Shown here piece by piece: positions 1-13,654 of a DNA stretch of 64,000 nt. The position numbers and the translations under genes are program-made. This DNA is from Eledone cirrhosa (lineage: Eukaryota). The first letter of the stretch is position 1; every line of letters begins with the position of its first letter. The stretch spans positions 2,418,001 through 2,482,000 of the forward strand of contig OZ024749.1 of assembly GCA_964016885.1 (NCBI GenBank), written 5' to 3'. Under the pieces are notes generated by a model that had not been told where the DNA came from, did not search any database, and saw only the letters and a program-made list of their open reading frames with translations.

Positions 1-405
1 TGTTTTTTTTTTCCTGATCCTACATAATAAAGTAAAATGGAATTAGATAATGTGGAAATTTCATTTTCAATCAGTTGATTCTCAATAAAGGAAGTAATCA
101 AATATGATAAAGCAAGTAGCGATTGGAATGCTACTTTGAGATAAGATAATGAAAATTAAGAAATTAAGACATTACATTAATCACGGAACATAAAAGGAGA
201 AAGCAGTGAATAGTAAAAATGAAACGTTATGTATAAATATCTCTCGTTACTATCTAGCTAACAACCAAATGACGTATATATATATACCTTTGTTTTGTTT
301 TCATCTTTGTCTCTCTCAACTTTCACTTTCACCTGTTTTTCCTATCTATATTTCACTTCCTACCTCGAGATTTCCCTTTGCATTGTTGTGGCTTTCTTAA
401 ATACG

Positions 406-479
<74 letters not shown>

Positions 480-484
<5 letters not shown>

Positions 485-672
485 GAAAATATAGAAATTA
501 ATGTCAGCAAGAAGCCAACAGTATTTCATAATATATAAGTGACTATAACGTCAACATGGAAAATAATTAACGTAAAATGTGGGCAAATAATTCAAACTCA
601 ATTAAAAAAAATATCAAGACAGAGATTTTATCCACAGATTTTGTGAAATCCAGGGAAAAAACCAATAGGGTC
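480..672. repeat. Dispersed repeat fragment; inverted copy at ~20610-20800
   Basis: ataatatataagtgact...gattttgtgaaatccaggg matches the reverse complement of 20610-20800. Confidence 0.75.
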
Positions 673-1084
673 TTAACTCAGAATAAAATAAAGTTTAAAT
701 ACTCATCCTTCAATTTGGAAAAGCTACAAATGCTCTAAATAGTCTATATATATATGGCAGTATATACAGAAAGACACACAAAGAGGTATGTTCAATTACG
801 GGGTATAGAGTACCACTCTGGTGGTATTATATTCACGGTGTTGGTAACGCCCCCTTTGAGAACCCCTGCCTAACACTGACTATTTAGTCTGACGGTTATT
901 TCATTGACATAACATCTGGAAGTGCTGTAATATACTCTCTCGTTACCAACAATGTTATTCGTTTTTAAAAACCTAGGTCCAGAAATGTACCGTATCATAG
1001 CTTGACACAACCATATTGTCTCTCTCCTCATATCAACCCTACTTCAACATTTAATATTCTCAAAACTAAATACAAATTAACAAC

Positions 1085-1395
1085 ACTATCTTCTCGCTAA
1101 ATTATATTAATACAAAGCTCTAACCACTCTGCCAATTTGCCATCATTTATATCTAAGTAATTATTTATCACAATTAGACTTCTTAACAATTAGGCCCAAT
1201 TATTGAAGCAAAGATCAATATTTACACATACCGTATAATTAAGCTTAAATATCAATTCCCATTAGATATAATTATGTTCTTGCTGCATAAGTAACATATA
1301 TTTACCAATGCCACACGTTTTTTAGACATCTTAGATAGCATTGTTGTTGAGGTCATTAACTGTTCTACTTCTCTCTTAATACGTATTTAAATTCA
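1085..1395 (-). pseudogene. Possible highly decayed GIY-YIG (Penelope-like) endonuclease fragment
   Basis: Minus-strand reading Y*ERSRTVNDL...DV*...LLMQQEHNYI*W loosely resembles the YIGETSR...R..EH...H.I.W pattern; many stops. Confidence 0.3.
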
Positions 1396-1542
1396 AGTTA
1401 AAAACAAAAGATGTATCTTCAAATCATTTTATAAATATCTACGAACGTTTCAATTTTTGTGCTGTCAGCTGACACTAAAATAGCCTCAGGACACACACAC
1501 ACCTATACATATATATATATATACACATACACACACCTATAC

Positions 1543-1573
<31 letters not shown>

Positions 1574-1623
1574 TATATATATACGATATTAATAAATGGA
1601 AACTATATTTATAAAACCATATT

Positions 1624-1688
1624 TATTTCATTATACATATTTCAGGGATACCAAATTAAATTATGGTATGCCTTCATCAGACAAAATA
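1624..1688 (-). ncRNA. Minimal type I hammerhead ribozyme, family A
   Basis: TATTTTGT-CTGATGA-AGGCATACCA..TGGTATCCCT-GAAA-TATGTA-TA|ATGAAATA; stems I and II pair. Confidence 0.75.
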
Positions 1689-1817
1689 CAATATTTAACA
1701 GTTTTACAAATAAGCTTTGACGTACCCTTTTAAAATGCAACCATTATTTTTGGAAGCCATCCGGATAGTTATAAAAATATTTACTTGTTGCATCCCAACA
1801 ATTTTAAATAGACCTTT

Positions 1818-1860
<43 letters not shown>

Positions 1861-2159
1861 GGTTTCTACAGGACTAGAACTGTTCCATTCTAAAGAAATC
1901 ACAATTTCTATATTAAATTATGTATATACTCTGCTATGTATTGGGTACCTTGCTTATTGTGGTTACGCCCGATTAAACCCGGGATAACCCTCCCCCACAC
2001 ACACATATACCCCCCACCTCCGTCAACACCCCCCCCACACACACACACACTGATATATATAGTAAAAAAGTTAAATCGTTAGAAACTTTAAAATATCAGT
2101 TTATATAAGAAAAATAATATTAAAGAATTTAAAATACACAAATCGATTTTTTATATATA

Positions 2160-2950
2160 CATGTATATATAACTGTATATTACATTACACGTTATATATA
2201 GCTGTATATTACATTACACGTTATATATAGCTGTATATAACATTAAACGTTATATATAACTGTATATTACATTATACGTTATATATAGCTGTATATTACA
2301 TTACACGTTATATATACATGTATATTACATTACATGTATATATAAATGTATATTACATTACACGTTATATATAGCTGTATATTACATTACACGTTATATA
2401 TAGCTGTATATTACATTACACGTTATATATACATGTATATTACATTACACGTTATATATAGCTGTATATTACATTACACGTTATATATAGCTGTATATTA
2501 CATTACACGTTATATATAGCTGTATATTACATTACACGTTATATATACATGCGTATTACATTACACGTTATATATACATGTATATTACCTTACACGTTAT
2601 ATATAGCTGTATATTACATTATACGTAATATATAGCTGTATATTACCTTACACGTTATATATAACTGTATATTACCTTACACGTTATATATAGCTGTATA
2701 TTACATTATACGTAATATATAGCTGTATATTACCTTACACGTTATATATAACTGTATCTTAAATTACATGTTATATATAACTGTATATTACATTACACGT
2801 TATATATAGCTGTATATTACATTACACGTTATATATACATGTATATTACATTACACGTTATATATAGCTCTATATTACATTACACGTTATATATAGCTCT
2901 ATATTACATTACACGTTATATATACATGTATATTACTATATACATGTATA
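2160..2950. repeat. 29-bp minisatellite, ~27 copies
   Basis: Unit ctgtatattacattacacgttatatatag; period 29 (2173 to 2202). Confidence 0.95.
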
Positions 2951-3318
2951 TATAATGTGTAATGTAATATACATATGTATATATATCTATACACATACGT
3001 TTTATATATATGTATATATATATATGTATACACATACATTCTATATATATGTATATATATGTATACACGTACTTTCGATATATATATATGTAGATATGCG
3101 TTCTATATATATAGGTGTTTGTTTCAGCGAATGTTTGTGTGTCCGTGACTTTATTTGCGTCGAGTAAAAATTTGACATTAACACTTATCTATTAGAATAA
3201 TCACATATGCTTACACTCGAACACACGAAGGCATCGAAGCATACGTTAACACACGCACTCACACACTTATATGTATATATAAAACTTTACACACACACAC
3301 AAGTATATTTGCAAATAA

Positions 3319-3392
<74 letters not shown>

Positions 3393-3401
3393 AAAATATT
3401 T

Positions 3402-3432
<31 letters not shown>

Positions 3433-3693
3433 ATATATACGTATATATCAATCTTTATAAACGCATACAAATATATATATGCCTTCAACATACACATACT
3501 TATCAACATATTTATTAACGCACCGATATAAACAGACACAGACCTATACACTAATATAGGTTGTATAAATTACTTACTAAAGGCAATTTGTATTAGTTAA
3601 TCAGTCTAGCGTGAACAACTACACAGTTCATTAGATTTCTATGTAGTTCCTACCTACGTCACATTTATCTGAGACATTGTCAAGTATCTAACC

Positions 3694-3742
<49 letters not shown>

Positions 3743-4119
3743 AAGAGAGAGAGATATGAGTATGTGTGTGTCAATGTATGTATACTCGTGTTTTCTCTAC
3801 TACAGTCGGAATTATATTGGTTGAATATAAGAAGGAACACATCAGTGAGTTACATATTTATATTTCATTGTGACAAACCAAGATGGCCGATGTTGGGCCT
3901 ATTATCACTTATCACCTAATGTTTTTACACCGCAAATGTTCGAGGAAGCTATATTTGGAGGAGGTAGATGCTTCTTATTTAATCGAGATCATTAACAATT
4001 CATAATACCAATCCAAATACAAGCAAACATGTAATCATTTATCTTAACAGTCGCTTCTCTTTTCTTCCACCGTTCCTGGGAAATAAGGAGGAACTCCTTA
4101 CAGGGAACCTCAACAGCGA

Positions 4120-4320
4120 ATAACAGTTTGGGGGGGAGGGAGAGGAAAGTCGATTAATTCGACTACAGTGAGTTATTGGTACAGTACTTTATCGATCACG
4201 TAAGGATGAAAGACAAAACTAACATCGGTAGGAACTGAACACAAAATGCAAAGGCACGTAACCCTACACCACAACGCATGTTGTCCGGAATCTTCGCAAT
4301 ACTGCCCATCCACTGCCCTG
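4120..4320 (-). mobile_element. Diverged tRNA-derived SINE (main family, long variant)
   Basis: tttatcgatcacgtaaggatgaaagacaaa similar to the reverse complement of the SINE core. Confidence 0.65.
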
Positions 4321-4718
4321 AGCGAATATTAGCTCCCAAATCTCACTCAAATCATACATTTTACTGGTTTCTGTCACTGTACACCTGATATGTTAGGCAG
4401 CCATATTGAAGGGTTTGCTTCGTCTCACTGAAACCGCAGTTTTAACTAAAATCCTGCAACTTTACCTTTAAAATATAACAATGACTCTAGACATGTACAT
4501 GTTAGGAATCTGGAGAAGACATATTTGTCAATCGTTAAGAGAGCAAACACAAGCATGAAATATAATGAAACATATTCAGAACTGAAAGTGAGCAGGGCCT
4601 GGAGCATCAACAAATATATATAGGGCTGGGGGAGAAAGCTATAAAGATAGGGTAGGCATGGGGACCGAACATGTAGAAAGAACTGCATTGACATGGAGTA
4701 ATGACGTGAACTGTGATA

Positions 4719-5399
4719 ATGGTGGTGGTGGTGGTGATGATGGTGGTGGTGGTGGTGATGATGGTGGTGGTGATGGTGGTGGTGGTGGTGGTGGTGCAGT
4801 GGTGGTGGTGGTGGTAGTGGCGGTGATGATGATGTTGGTAGTGATGGTAGTGGTGATGGTGATGATGATGATGGTGGTGGTGGTGGTGGGGATGATGGTG
4901 ATGGTGGAGGTGGTGGTGATGATGTTGGTAGTGACGGTAGTGGTGATGGTGGTGGTGGTGTTGATGGTGGTGAGGGTGATGATATTGGTGGTGATGGTGG
5001 TGGCGATGGTAGTGGCGGTGATGATGATGTTGGTAGTGATGCTGATGCTGCTGGTGGTGGTGGTGGGGGTGATGGTGGTGGTGGTGTTGATGGAGATGAT
5101 ATCGGTGGTGATGGTGATGGTGGTGGTGGTGATGATGGTGGGTATGTTGATGATGATGATATCGGTGGTGATGGTGATGATGGTGATGGCAGAGACTGTG
5201 TTGACGATGATGAAGTCGATGATGACTATCATGATGGTGATGACTATCATGATGGTGATGACTCCATTGTTGATAATGATGGCTGTCATGACGCTGACAA
5301 CGATGATGATGATGATGATGATGACGATGATGACGATGATGACGATGATGATAGTAGTGGTTGTGGTAATGGTTGTGAGGACGATGTCAACGTTGATGG

Positions 5400-5430
<31 letters not shown>

Positions 5431-5486
5431 ATTAGTGATAGTGCTGCTGATTACGACGACCATCATGACAATAATGACAATAATGG

Positions 5487-5518
<32 letters not shown>

Positions 5519-5546
5519 GGTGATTATGGGTGATGATGGGTGATGC
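4719..5546. repeat. Compound (GGT/GAT)n trinucleotide tract
   Basis: ~830 bp of ggt/gat/gac triplets; accounts for the 275 and 291 aa ORFs. Confidence 0.95.
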
Positions 5547-6670
5547 TATGCTTCAAAATCCTGTTTACAAATTTGTTGCTGAATTGTATTTTTTCGCAGC
5601 CCCCCCCCCCCCCCCCCCCTTTGGCCCCTCCCCCCCACTATAATTACTAATATATAATATATAATTTGCTTTTACAGCAGAATTACTGTGAGACATTTTA
5701 AAATATGGGTTAAAAATGCCGTTCAAAGCATCGCGTTTGATTTTCAACCGCAAACATGAAAGAGTAAAAAATAAAATAAAACACATATTTTTTTTTTTCA
5801 TATATGTCTATAACTCCCCCCCTCTCCCTCCACCCTCTCTCTCTCTCTCTCTCTCTCTCTGATGCAGTCCTCTTTTCTATCAGTCTCTCTATCTCTCTCA
5901 TTCTCTCTTTCCCCATGCGATATCATTGTCTTTTCAATTATATTGAATTAGAATGGCGTCAGATATAGAGTTTTACAGCTTTTGATGCTTTCAGAATTAT
6001 TTTGCATCTAATAGAGTGGAATGTGTTGTGTAAATGGGGAAGCAACGTCTAGTAGCGAGCAATCTGATTTTTCACATTTATATTTCATTATATATCCATT
6101 TGTACATATACAAATAGATCTACATCTGTGTACGTGTGCATGTTAGTATGGGTATATAAGTGTGTGTAAAATGAGTATGTATATGGACGTATATGATTAT
6201 GTATGCATACGTATGTATGTATGTATGTATGTATGTATGTATGTATGTATGTATGTATGTGCGTGTGTGTATGTATGTATGTATGTATGTATGTATGTAT
6301 GTATGTATGTATGTGCGTGTGTGTATGTATGTATGTATGTATGTATGTTTTCTCTTTCTCTTAATTTCGAGTATATTTTTTTGACCGGCCACCTTCCTGG
6401 TGGCAAGGTTGTAAAAGAAAAGAAATTGTCATCCCTTGAATCGCAAGAATGTTTTGCATATTTTGAAGGTGCCAGCTATGTATGTATGTATGTATGTATG
6501 TATGTATGTATGTATGTATGTATGTATATATGTATGTATGTACGTACGTACGTTTCAGTTACTGTTTCCATCAGCAGGCGTATTATACCCGACATTTACA
6601 GCTATTATTTATAGTTATCTGTATTTTAGTAGTTTGTGTCCAAAACGGAAAGGAGTACACGTTTTGAAAG

Positions 6671-6702
<32 letters not shown>

Positions 6703-6754
6703 TCATGGATCGGTGTGCGTCCGCGAGTGTGCGTGTGATTGGTTGTGTGTCTAT

Positions 6755-6833
<79 letters not shown>

Positions 6834-6914
6834 CAAAAAGTAAACGAAAAACACCACACCAAACAATACGGTACAATGATGATATATATTACTTTAACGC
6901 TTTATGCAATAGGA

Positions 6915-6960
6915 AAAGTGTTTTAACGTTTCCCACGCTGGTCTTTCATCAGATGATAAA
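6915..6960 (-). ncRNA. Degenerate hammerhead-like motif
   Basis: Minus strand CTGATGA-AAGACCAGCGTGG-GAAACGTTA; weak stems. Confidence 0.35.
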
Positions 6961-7249
6961 ATGAGGAATAAATGATACAGGAAATTAAGAAGAAGAAGAA
7001 AATCATTTGAAGAATGCGACATGTGTATATATTTCCCCACTTCAGCCCGATCACTGAGCACGCCAGAATACCACTCCACCTGGGTCACACAATCTAACTG
7101 GGTCGACTGACAGCGGAGATCAAATCCCTCTTATTAGGTTAGAATATTTGCCATTTGTATCCCCAAGGAGAAATGTCCAGCCCACACCCTGAGCTATATC
7201 GTGACGATGGTTTGACAGTCTCCCATAATTACAAGGACCATACCCTAGA

Positions 7250-8060
7250 TAAGTTCCGTAATGACCTAATGCAAAGGACTTAGAACTCAATACACCCGTA
7301 GACACTAATGTAACTCATATGAATCTCTTTGACCTTAATTTAGATTTAGCCGCAGGTACCTACAGACCATATCACAAGACAAATATTAAGATATATCGAC
7401 AGAGGGTCATGTCCCCATCCAGTAGTATTTAAAATCCTGGTCCCTAACACTAGTCGTATGATCTGAAATATATCTTCCTCTAAAGACATTCGATTAGGCC
7501 GCGCCACAGAATAATAATGCAGTTAATGATTGTGGGGGTGAAGGATAGGATTCAATATATACCAAAGACTAGAAACCAAAATAAGGAAAAAATAAAAATA
7601 TCTCGTTCACACGACCCTACCACTAGCAGTGAAGATCTATTTATAGATAAGCATTTCTCATCCCAGCGTAGGTATACTAATTTATGAAACAGATAGTCGG
7701 TGTGAGTTAGTTATGTTTGTGGCCCAATGTTGAAGTCAAACATAACCGTATAAAGAACTCCAAAGGACAACCCAGGATGCTTATGTAGAATAAAGGAGGA
7801 ATGCCCCTTACCACAGAAATGCACCACAAGATCAGTGGTCTATGAAAACACGCAAGTCATATGTGGGCATGACAGAAGAAAACAGCGGTACTACATATCG
7901 TGTCACTTATATACCAACATATGAGAAAAGCAACGGCACTGGGCACCCGAGTATAGGTGCTGAAAGACAAGAACATAGCTTACAATTGCAATCAGCTCTA
8001 TACATAAGTATTTGCAGAACTATAATAATGAGTAGACACATGATTGTGTAGACAAGAACA
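7250..8060 (+). mobile_element. Decayed Penelope-like element: RT C-terminus plus GIY-YIG endonuclease
   Basis: Frameshifted translation DTNVTHMNLFDLNLDLAAGTYRPYHK...HPVVFKILVPN...NISSSKDI, then CLCRIKEECPLPQKC..SVVY and YVGMTE, typical PLE motifs. Confidence 0.85.
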
Positions 8061-8077
8061 TCTAAAATAGGATACGC

Positions 8078-8110
<33 letters not shown>

Positions 8111-8118
<8 letters not shown>

Positions 8119-8330
8119 TAAAATAAGAGATTAAAATTTAAGCAAAGAATCGCTGCCTTCACCCTTAGCGGGATCTTAAGGGTGAAAGCAGCGATTCTTT
8201 GCTTTAATTTTAATCTCTTATTTTAATAAATATTTCCCCTACGGTTCGCATATATTTGATATATATTTATCCTTATCGAGTCCTCTTTGGATTTTAGTCT
8301 TCAAATTTATTGTTCTGTTACTGTTACCTG
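8111..8330. mobile_element. Foldback short element, family F; also at 33362-33970 and 42030-42210
   Basis: Near-perfect palindrome 8111-8233 (gcaaagaatcgctgc...gcagcgattctttgc) next to (TA)n; shared tail atttgatatatatttatcctta. Confidence 0.8.
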
Positions 8331-8776
8331 TTCTATACACGGACACAAGTTTGCATCTCATAATACCTGTCTGTAGTATATCGCACCTTCTCCTGTACCC
8401 TTTTTTTATTTTTTATTTTACCCGTCCCTTTATTTTACCCATTCTTTTCTTGTACCTATTTATGCAGTTACACACAGATTTTAATGTACCCTAAAATTTA
8501 TTTATTTATTTTATCTTATTATCATATTGTGTTTATGTTCACGTGTTTTTATGCGTGGACATGTGTGTGGGTATATGTGCATGTGTGTGTGAGTAGATGC
8601 GTATGTATGCATATATATAGGTGGGTGGGTGCTGGGGTGTGTGTATGGGCATGGGTACGTGTGTGCACGAGCTTATACGCGCCTGTATGTGCAGACATGT
8701 GCATATATATATATATGTGGCGGAATGTGGGTGTATGTGTGTGTGGGTATGTGTATATGTGTGTCTATATATGAGC

Positions 8777-8829
<53 letters not shown>

Positions 8830-9008
8830 CGTAGGTCCCGGGTTGAGTCGGGGATAACCACAGTAAGTAAGGTACTCAATACATGGCAGAGTAACATTTT
8901 TTTATATTATAGAAGGAGCTTCTACAGGACTAGTACTGTTTCATTCAGATGAAATCTTCAGGTTTCATCTGAATGAAACAGTACTAGTCCTGTAGAAGCT
9001 CCTTCTAT
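8830..9008. mobile_element. Foldback element, family B, with hammerhead-like core; also at 1861-1990, 34440-34905, 40012-40200
   Basis: Palindrome 8908-9008; minus strand CTGAAGA-TTTC.ATCT.GAAT-GAAAC-AGTACTA-GTC. Confidence 0.75.
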
Positions 9009-9135
9009 AAAATAAAATAAAAATATATATATATATAAATATACATGGAAAGTTATATTTAAAATTGTTGGGTTACAACTAGTAAATATTTATAACTGAT
9101 ATAAAAGCACTCGACAAATATTTGGAGTATATTTA

Positions 9136-9488
9136 CAATATTAAATAAATGGAAACTATATTTATAAAACCATATTTATTTCATTATATATATTTCAGGG
9201 ATATCATATTAACAATATGCTATGCCTTCCTCAGACAAAATACAATATAAACAGTTTTATAGATAAATAGATTCGACATACCGTAACCCACATCGACTTG
9301 CTGCCAAATCAACCTCTTCAAATGCAAGTCGATGTTGTTACGGTATGTCGAATCTATTTATCTATAAAACTGTTTATATTGTATTTTGTCTGAGGAAGGC
9401 ATAGCATATTGTTAATATGATATCCTTGAAATATATATAATGAAATAAATATGGTTTTATAAATATAGTTTCCATTTATTTAATATTG

Positions 9489-9490
<2 letters not shown>
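9136..9490. mobile_element. Foldback of family A element with one hammerhead per arm (9177-9242 minus, 9382-9447 plus)
   Basis: ~165-bp near-perfect inverted arms; TATTTTGT-CTGAGGA-AGG..CCTT-GAAA-TATATA-TA|ATGAAATA. Confidence 0.85.
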
Positions 9491-9521
<31 letters not shown>

Positions 9522-9636
9522 GGCGGAATATGGGTGTATGTGTGTGTGGGTATGTGTATATGTGTGTCTATATATTAGCATATATATAAATATATACATA
9601 TATATATATGTCTATATATGTATGAGTGTGTATGTA

Positions 9637-9792
9637 CGTATAGCCACATTTGAGTAGGTGTGTGTGTGCGTGGGGGAGTAAGTGTGCGTATATATATGCG
9701 TGTGGGTTAGGGTTAGGGTTAGGGGTAGGATGTGGGTGTGTAAGTGGGTGCAGGTGCATGTATATGCGGGCCTCTATATGTGTGTACATGTA
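9637..9792 (+). repeat. GT-rich dispersed repeat with internal (GGGTTA)3; near-identical copy at 32620-32777
   Basis: Direct sequence match over ~155 bp. Confidence 0.9.
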
Positions 9793-9871
9793 TTTGTGCA
9801 TAAAAGTATGTGCTTATGTGCATCTCATAAGAATGTGCGCGAATGATTATATATGGACTATATATGCTTTT

Positions 9872-9990
9872 TATCCCGCCGAGGTTGACTTTGCCTTTCA
9901 TACTTACGGGGTCGATAAAATAAAGTACCAGTAATGCACTGTGTAATTGCTGGCCTTGTGCCAAAAGTAGAAACAATTATTACTATTATT
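9872..9990 (+). mobile_element. 5'-truncated main-family SINE
   Basis: ctttgcctttcat..ggggtcgataaaataaagtaccag..ggccttgtgccaaaagtagaaac plus ATT tail. Confidence 0.9.
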
Positions 9991-10683
9991 CTTGCTGTAT
10001 TATTTTATCACATATCCTCTATATATATCCGTATATATCCGTATATGTATGTATGAGGCTGTGTACGTGTGTATGTGTGTGTGTATATATGTGTATGGGT
10101 ATGTATATATATATAATGGCGGATATATATATATATCATATTGCATATTATATTACATTGTATATTTTATTTTTTTATGTTACGATAATTTACCGATGTT
10201 CTGTGCTACATTGTTCTTATTGCATAATGTATGTTTAACTGTTCACTTACAGGTGTGTTTATATATGTATATGTGGTAGCACATGTGTGTGTAGGCAGGT
10301 ATGCATGCGTGCAGGTGTATGCATGTGGCAACACGTATGCGTATGCATGTGTAAATGTATGTATATCGGCATATGCGTGGGTATTTGTATGTATATGTGT
10401 GGATGTGCGTACGCATGTTAAGTTGTCTCTTTTCTTTTGTGTGTATATATCTATATATATGTATATATAAAAATAAATATATATATGTGTGTGCGTGTAT
10501 GTACGTGTGTAGGTAATGTTTATGTACGCATATGTATTCGTATTTATGTGTGGACATGTGTGAGTATATATTTATATATGTATGTGTGTATATGTATGTA
10601 TATATGTGTGTATATATATGTGTGTATATACATGTGTGTATATATGCATGTATCTGTGTGTATGTATATATGTGTGTGTATGA

Positions 10684-10732
<49 letters not shown>

Positions 10733-11506
10733 AATGTATAGAAGGTTGGGCGTATGTATATGTGCGCGCGTATGTATGTGCATGTATGTGTATGTTTGAG
10801 TAGGATACGCTTATCCCAATTGATACAGAGCGCGAAGTAAGCAGCCGTCAGAAGACTTGTGGCGGTATGTATCAACCAGTGGGTGTGAATGGGTCCGTGT
10901 AAATGAGGGAAAGACGGTGTGTGAGTATATATACTTCGATGTATGTGGGGGGGGGGTCTGCGCATGTAGGCGTACGTGTGTTGTGTGTATGCATAGATGG
11001 GTATGTGACTGCATGTGTGTGTCTTTTTATGTGTGTATTTTAGTATGTGTGGGTGCTCACTCTGAAGTGTGAGCAGACGTGTGAAGTACTGAACCCAGCA
11101 TGACTCCATTGAAATATGTCGGACGGTAACATGGTTGATGAACCGTGTGGCAGTAGGTACTGACCAGAACTTGTGATGACGTGGAGTAAAAACAGCCAAT
11201 GGCATGACTAGAGTGGAAATAGGGTTTTTGAGGGTGTTTTTTTTTGATAACACCCCAGTGATAAAATTTGCTCCGGACGAAACACCCGTGTCTGAAAGAA
11301 CCCGCAGAAGTAGAATCAGCCAGATCCATACAAGGACCATGACTCGAGCTACATGCCGGCGAAACATTTGTAACACGAAATAAACCAAGTCCACATGCAT
11401 CACTGATTTTTCGTTTTCTTTATAATATCTACACTCTACTCTGATGACTACCGAGTGCTAATTTTGGCATACCGCCTATGGAAGCACCATAGCTACCACT
11501 ATACAC

Positions 11507-11569
<63 letters not shown>

Positions 11570-11574
<5 letters not shown>

Positions 11575-12436
11575 AAACGTGTGAGATACCAAGTACAACT
11601 AGGTATATTTGAAAAAAGGAAAATAATGACTTTACTTGTAGTTGGTATTCTATAACAATCTAATTTTACAATTTTACAATCGAAAATGCGAGAAAATTCT
11701 GCAGATGGTTAACCAGGATTCTTAAGAATAACTTTACACCAGTGATAACAAAGAACTTATTAGATCTATATAGCAAAGTTATAGAATTCAATTAGAATAC
11801 CAAAAACAAGCGAAGTATACCAATAATGGTTAGAAAATCACTGACGAAGGACTATTTTTATCATATGTAACCCATTTGCAACCACGCAGTATTCTTCTTT
11901 CTTCTCATGTTTTTTATATATATTTACCTCGGCTGCGTTTGTCTGTTTCTCTCTTACTGCTTCCCCACTCTCTCTGTTTCTCTCACCTTGTTTCGCCCCA
12001 TCTGTCAGTTACACTTTCTCTCGACTGACCTCTTCCTCACACTTCCACTCACTCACTCTCTGTTTCTCCCCTTCTCACTTCCTCCCGTTTGGCTTGTAGT
12101 GGGTCTCTTCTTGCTCACATCTCACTCACATCAACACGGTCTGTACCTCTCTCGCTCATGAAATCCACCCAGATTATGCTGACCGGACAAAACCATGTTG
12201 CTTGTTTATTTTCCTATCTTCGGTTTGCTTTTATCCTTCTATGTTGTTTACTTGTCCCCCTCGCCTTACGCGAATTACTGGTCCCAATAACTTTTTTTAG
12301 TTATTGCTTGCACCAACCTGAGGTATCTGATTTTTAATGCGATGAAATACCAATGATGGTTGGAAAATTACTGACGAAGGACTATTTTATCATATGTAAC
12401 CCATGTGCAAACCACGCAGCATTCTTCTTTCTTCTC

Positions 12437-12445
<9 letters not shown>
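11570..12445 (+). mobile_element. (TA)n-flanked element with ~100-bp direct repeats 530 bp apart carrying a degenerate CTGACGA core
   Basis: 11820-11920 matches 12350-12445; ctgacgaagg at 11841 and 12371. Confidence 0.6.
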
Positions 12446-12534
<89 letters not shown>

Positions 12535-12535
<1 letters not shown>

Positions 12536-12690
12536 CAAAGAAGGTGTGGTAAAACACCAGGTGGACCATAACGTATCAAATTGCTCGATACTTAGGGTAG
12601 TAGAGTGGGTAATAGGAAAAGAGTTAGAACCCCGACGGCTGAGCTCTGGCCGTTTCGACAGCTAGATCCGATTTCGGATCTAGTGGTCTT
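12535..12690 (-). mobile_element. Family C short element, truncated within hammerhead stem II
   Basis: Homologous to 23395-23710 and 45325-45548; minus strand GAAACGGC..GCCGTC|GGGGT. Confidence 0.75.
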
Positions 12691-12704
12691 TCCTATATTA
12701 TATA

Positions 12705-12795
12705 GGTTAACTTTGCCTTTCATCCTTACGGGGTCGATAAAATAAAGTACCAGTAATGTACTGGGTAATCCTGGCCTTGTGCCTAAAGTAGAAAC

Positions 12796-12800
<5 letters not shown>
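12705..12800 (+). mobile_element. Truncated main-family SINE
   Basis: SINE core and tail match. Confidence 0.9.
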
Positions 12801-12845
<45 letters not shown>

Positions 12846-13654
12846 TAAATGTAGATGACTGTATATAAAAAGGTATATATAATCCCGAAGAGTACCTAAG
12901 TTTTATTAGTACAGTGTAAAATATTTGTTAACCCTTTAATCTTTATTAATTGCAGCGCACCGCGACGGTATGGTGGACGTATTAAACCTTTCTATATCCC
13001 ACCATGGCAAATATAGAATTAGGGACACCTCCCTACACCCCACCATAGGCGCTGAGCTGGCCTGCCGCAGGTGTGAGCCTCGTGAGTTGGAATTGCTTCT
13101 TCCAGCACATCTCCCTTACCATCCTCCGGGGAAACGCCTTCTCCATTCTGTCCGGACCCCATTTGCTCACCATACGGAGAGATGAAGAGGGCGAGAGAAA
13201 TGGAGGTGATGACAGTGGGAGTTCTTCTCTTCCATGTTCGGACCACACCCTTGTGGTTGTGTTCATAAGCCCTAGTGTATATGGACAGTTGTGGCTTTCA
13301 ATCAGAGATTTTTAGTAAATATATATGGAGGTGATCATGATCATCAAAGACCGAACACTACGTAATATATCGGCAGTAGTCTAATGACGTCATTAAGTTT
13401 AATACTAGTAATTGGTGGATACTGTTTGTTGTTTTCCCAGTTGGTTTGTGGCTTGGAAGGATGTGTTTCAACTGTACTTTGTGTGACATGAGTGTCGCGT
13501 GAGGTGTTGAATTTATATTTGTGATTACATTAGCATTGGACAGATGGAGATTTGCTTACATTGACGGTCGTAGATATATATGTATAAGGTGTTAGTAACT
13601 AGAAAATAATCTGTACTTTAACAAAGTAATCTGTTCTTTAACAAACCAAATGTC

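Noticed and set aside
4639-5533. 275 and 291 aa ORFs
   Set aside because: They are translations of a GGT/GAT trinucleotide tract with no domain.
10243-11403. 386 aa minus-strand ORF
   Set aside because: Mostly microsatellite, and the unique part shows no recognisable protein motif.
11150-11495. Several partial hammerhead-like words (ctgatga at 11441, gaaacatttgta at 11360)
   Set aside because: Core and GAAA do not combine with consistent stems.
12950-13320. GC-richer block with overlapping short ORFs
   Set aside because: No recognisable domain or splice support; probably a repeat interior.
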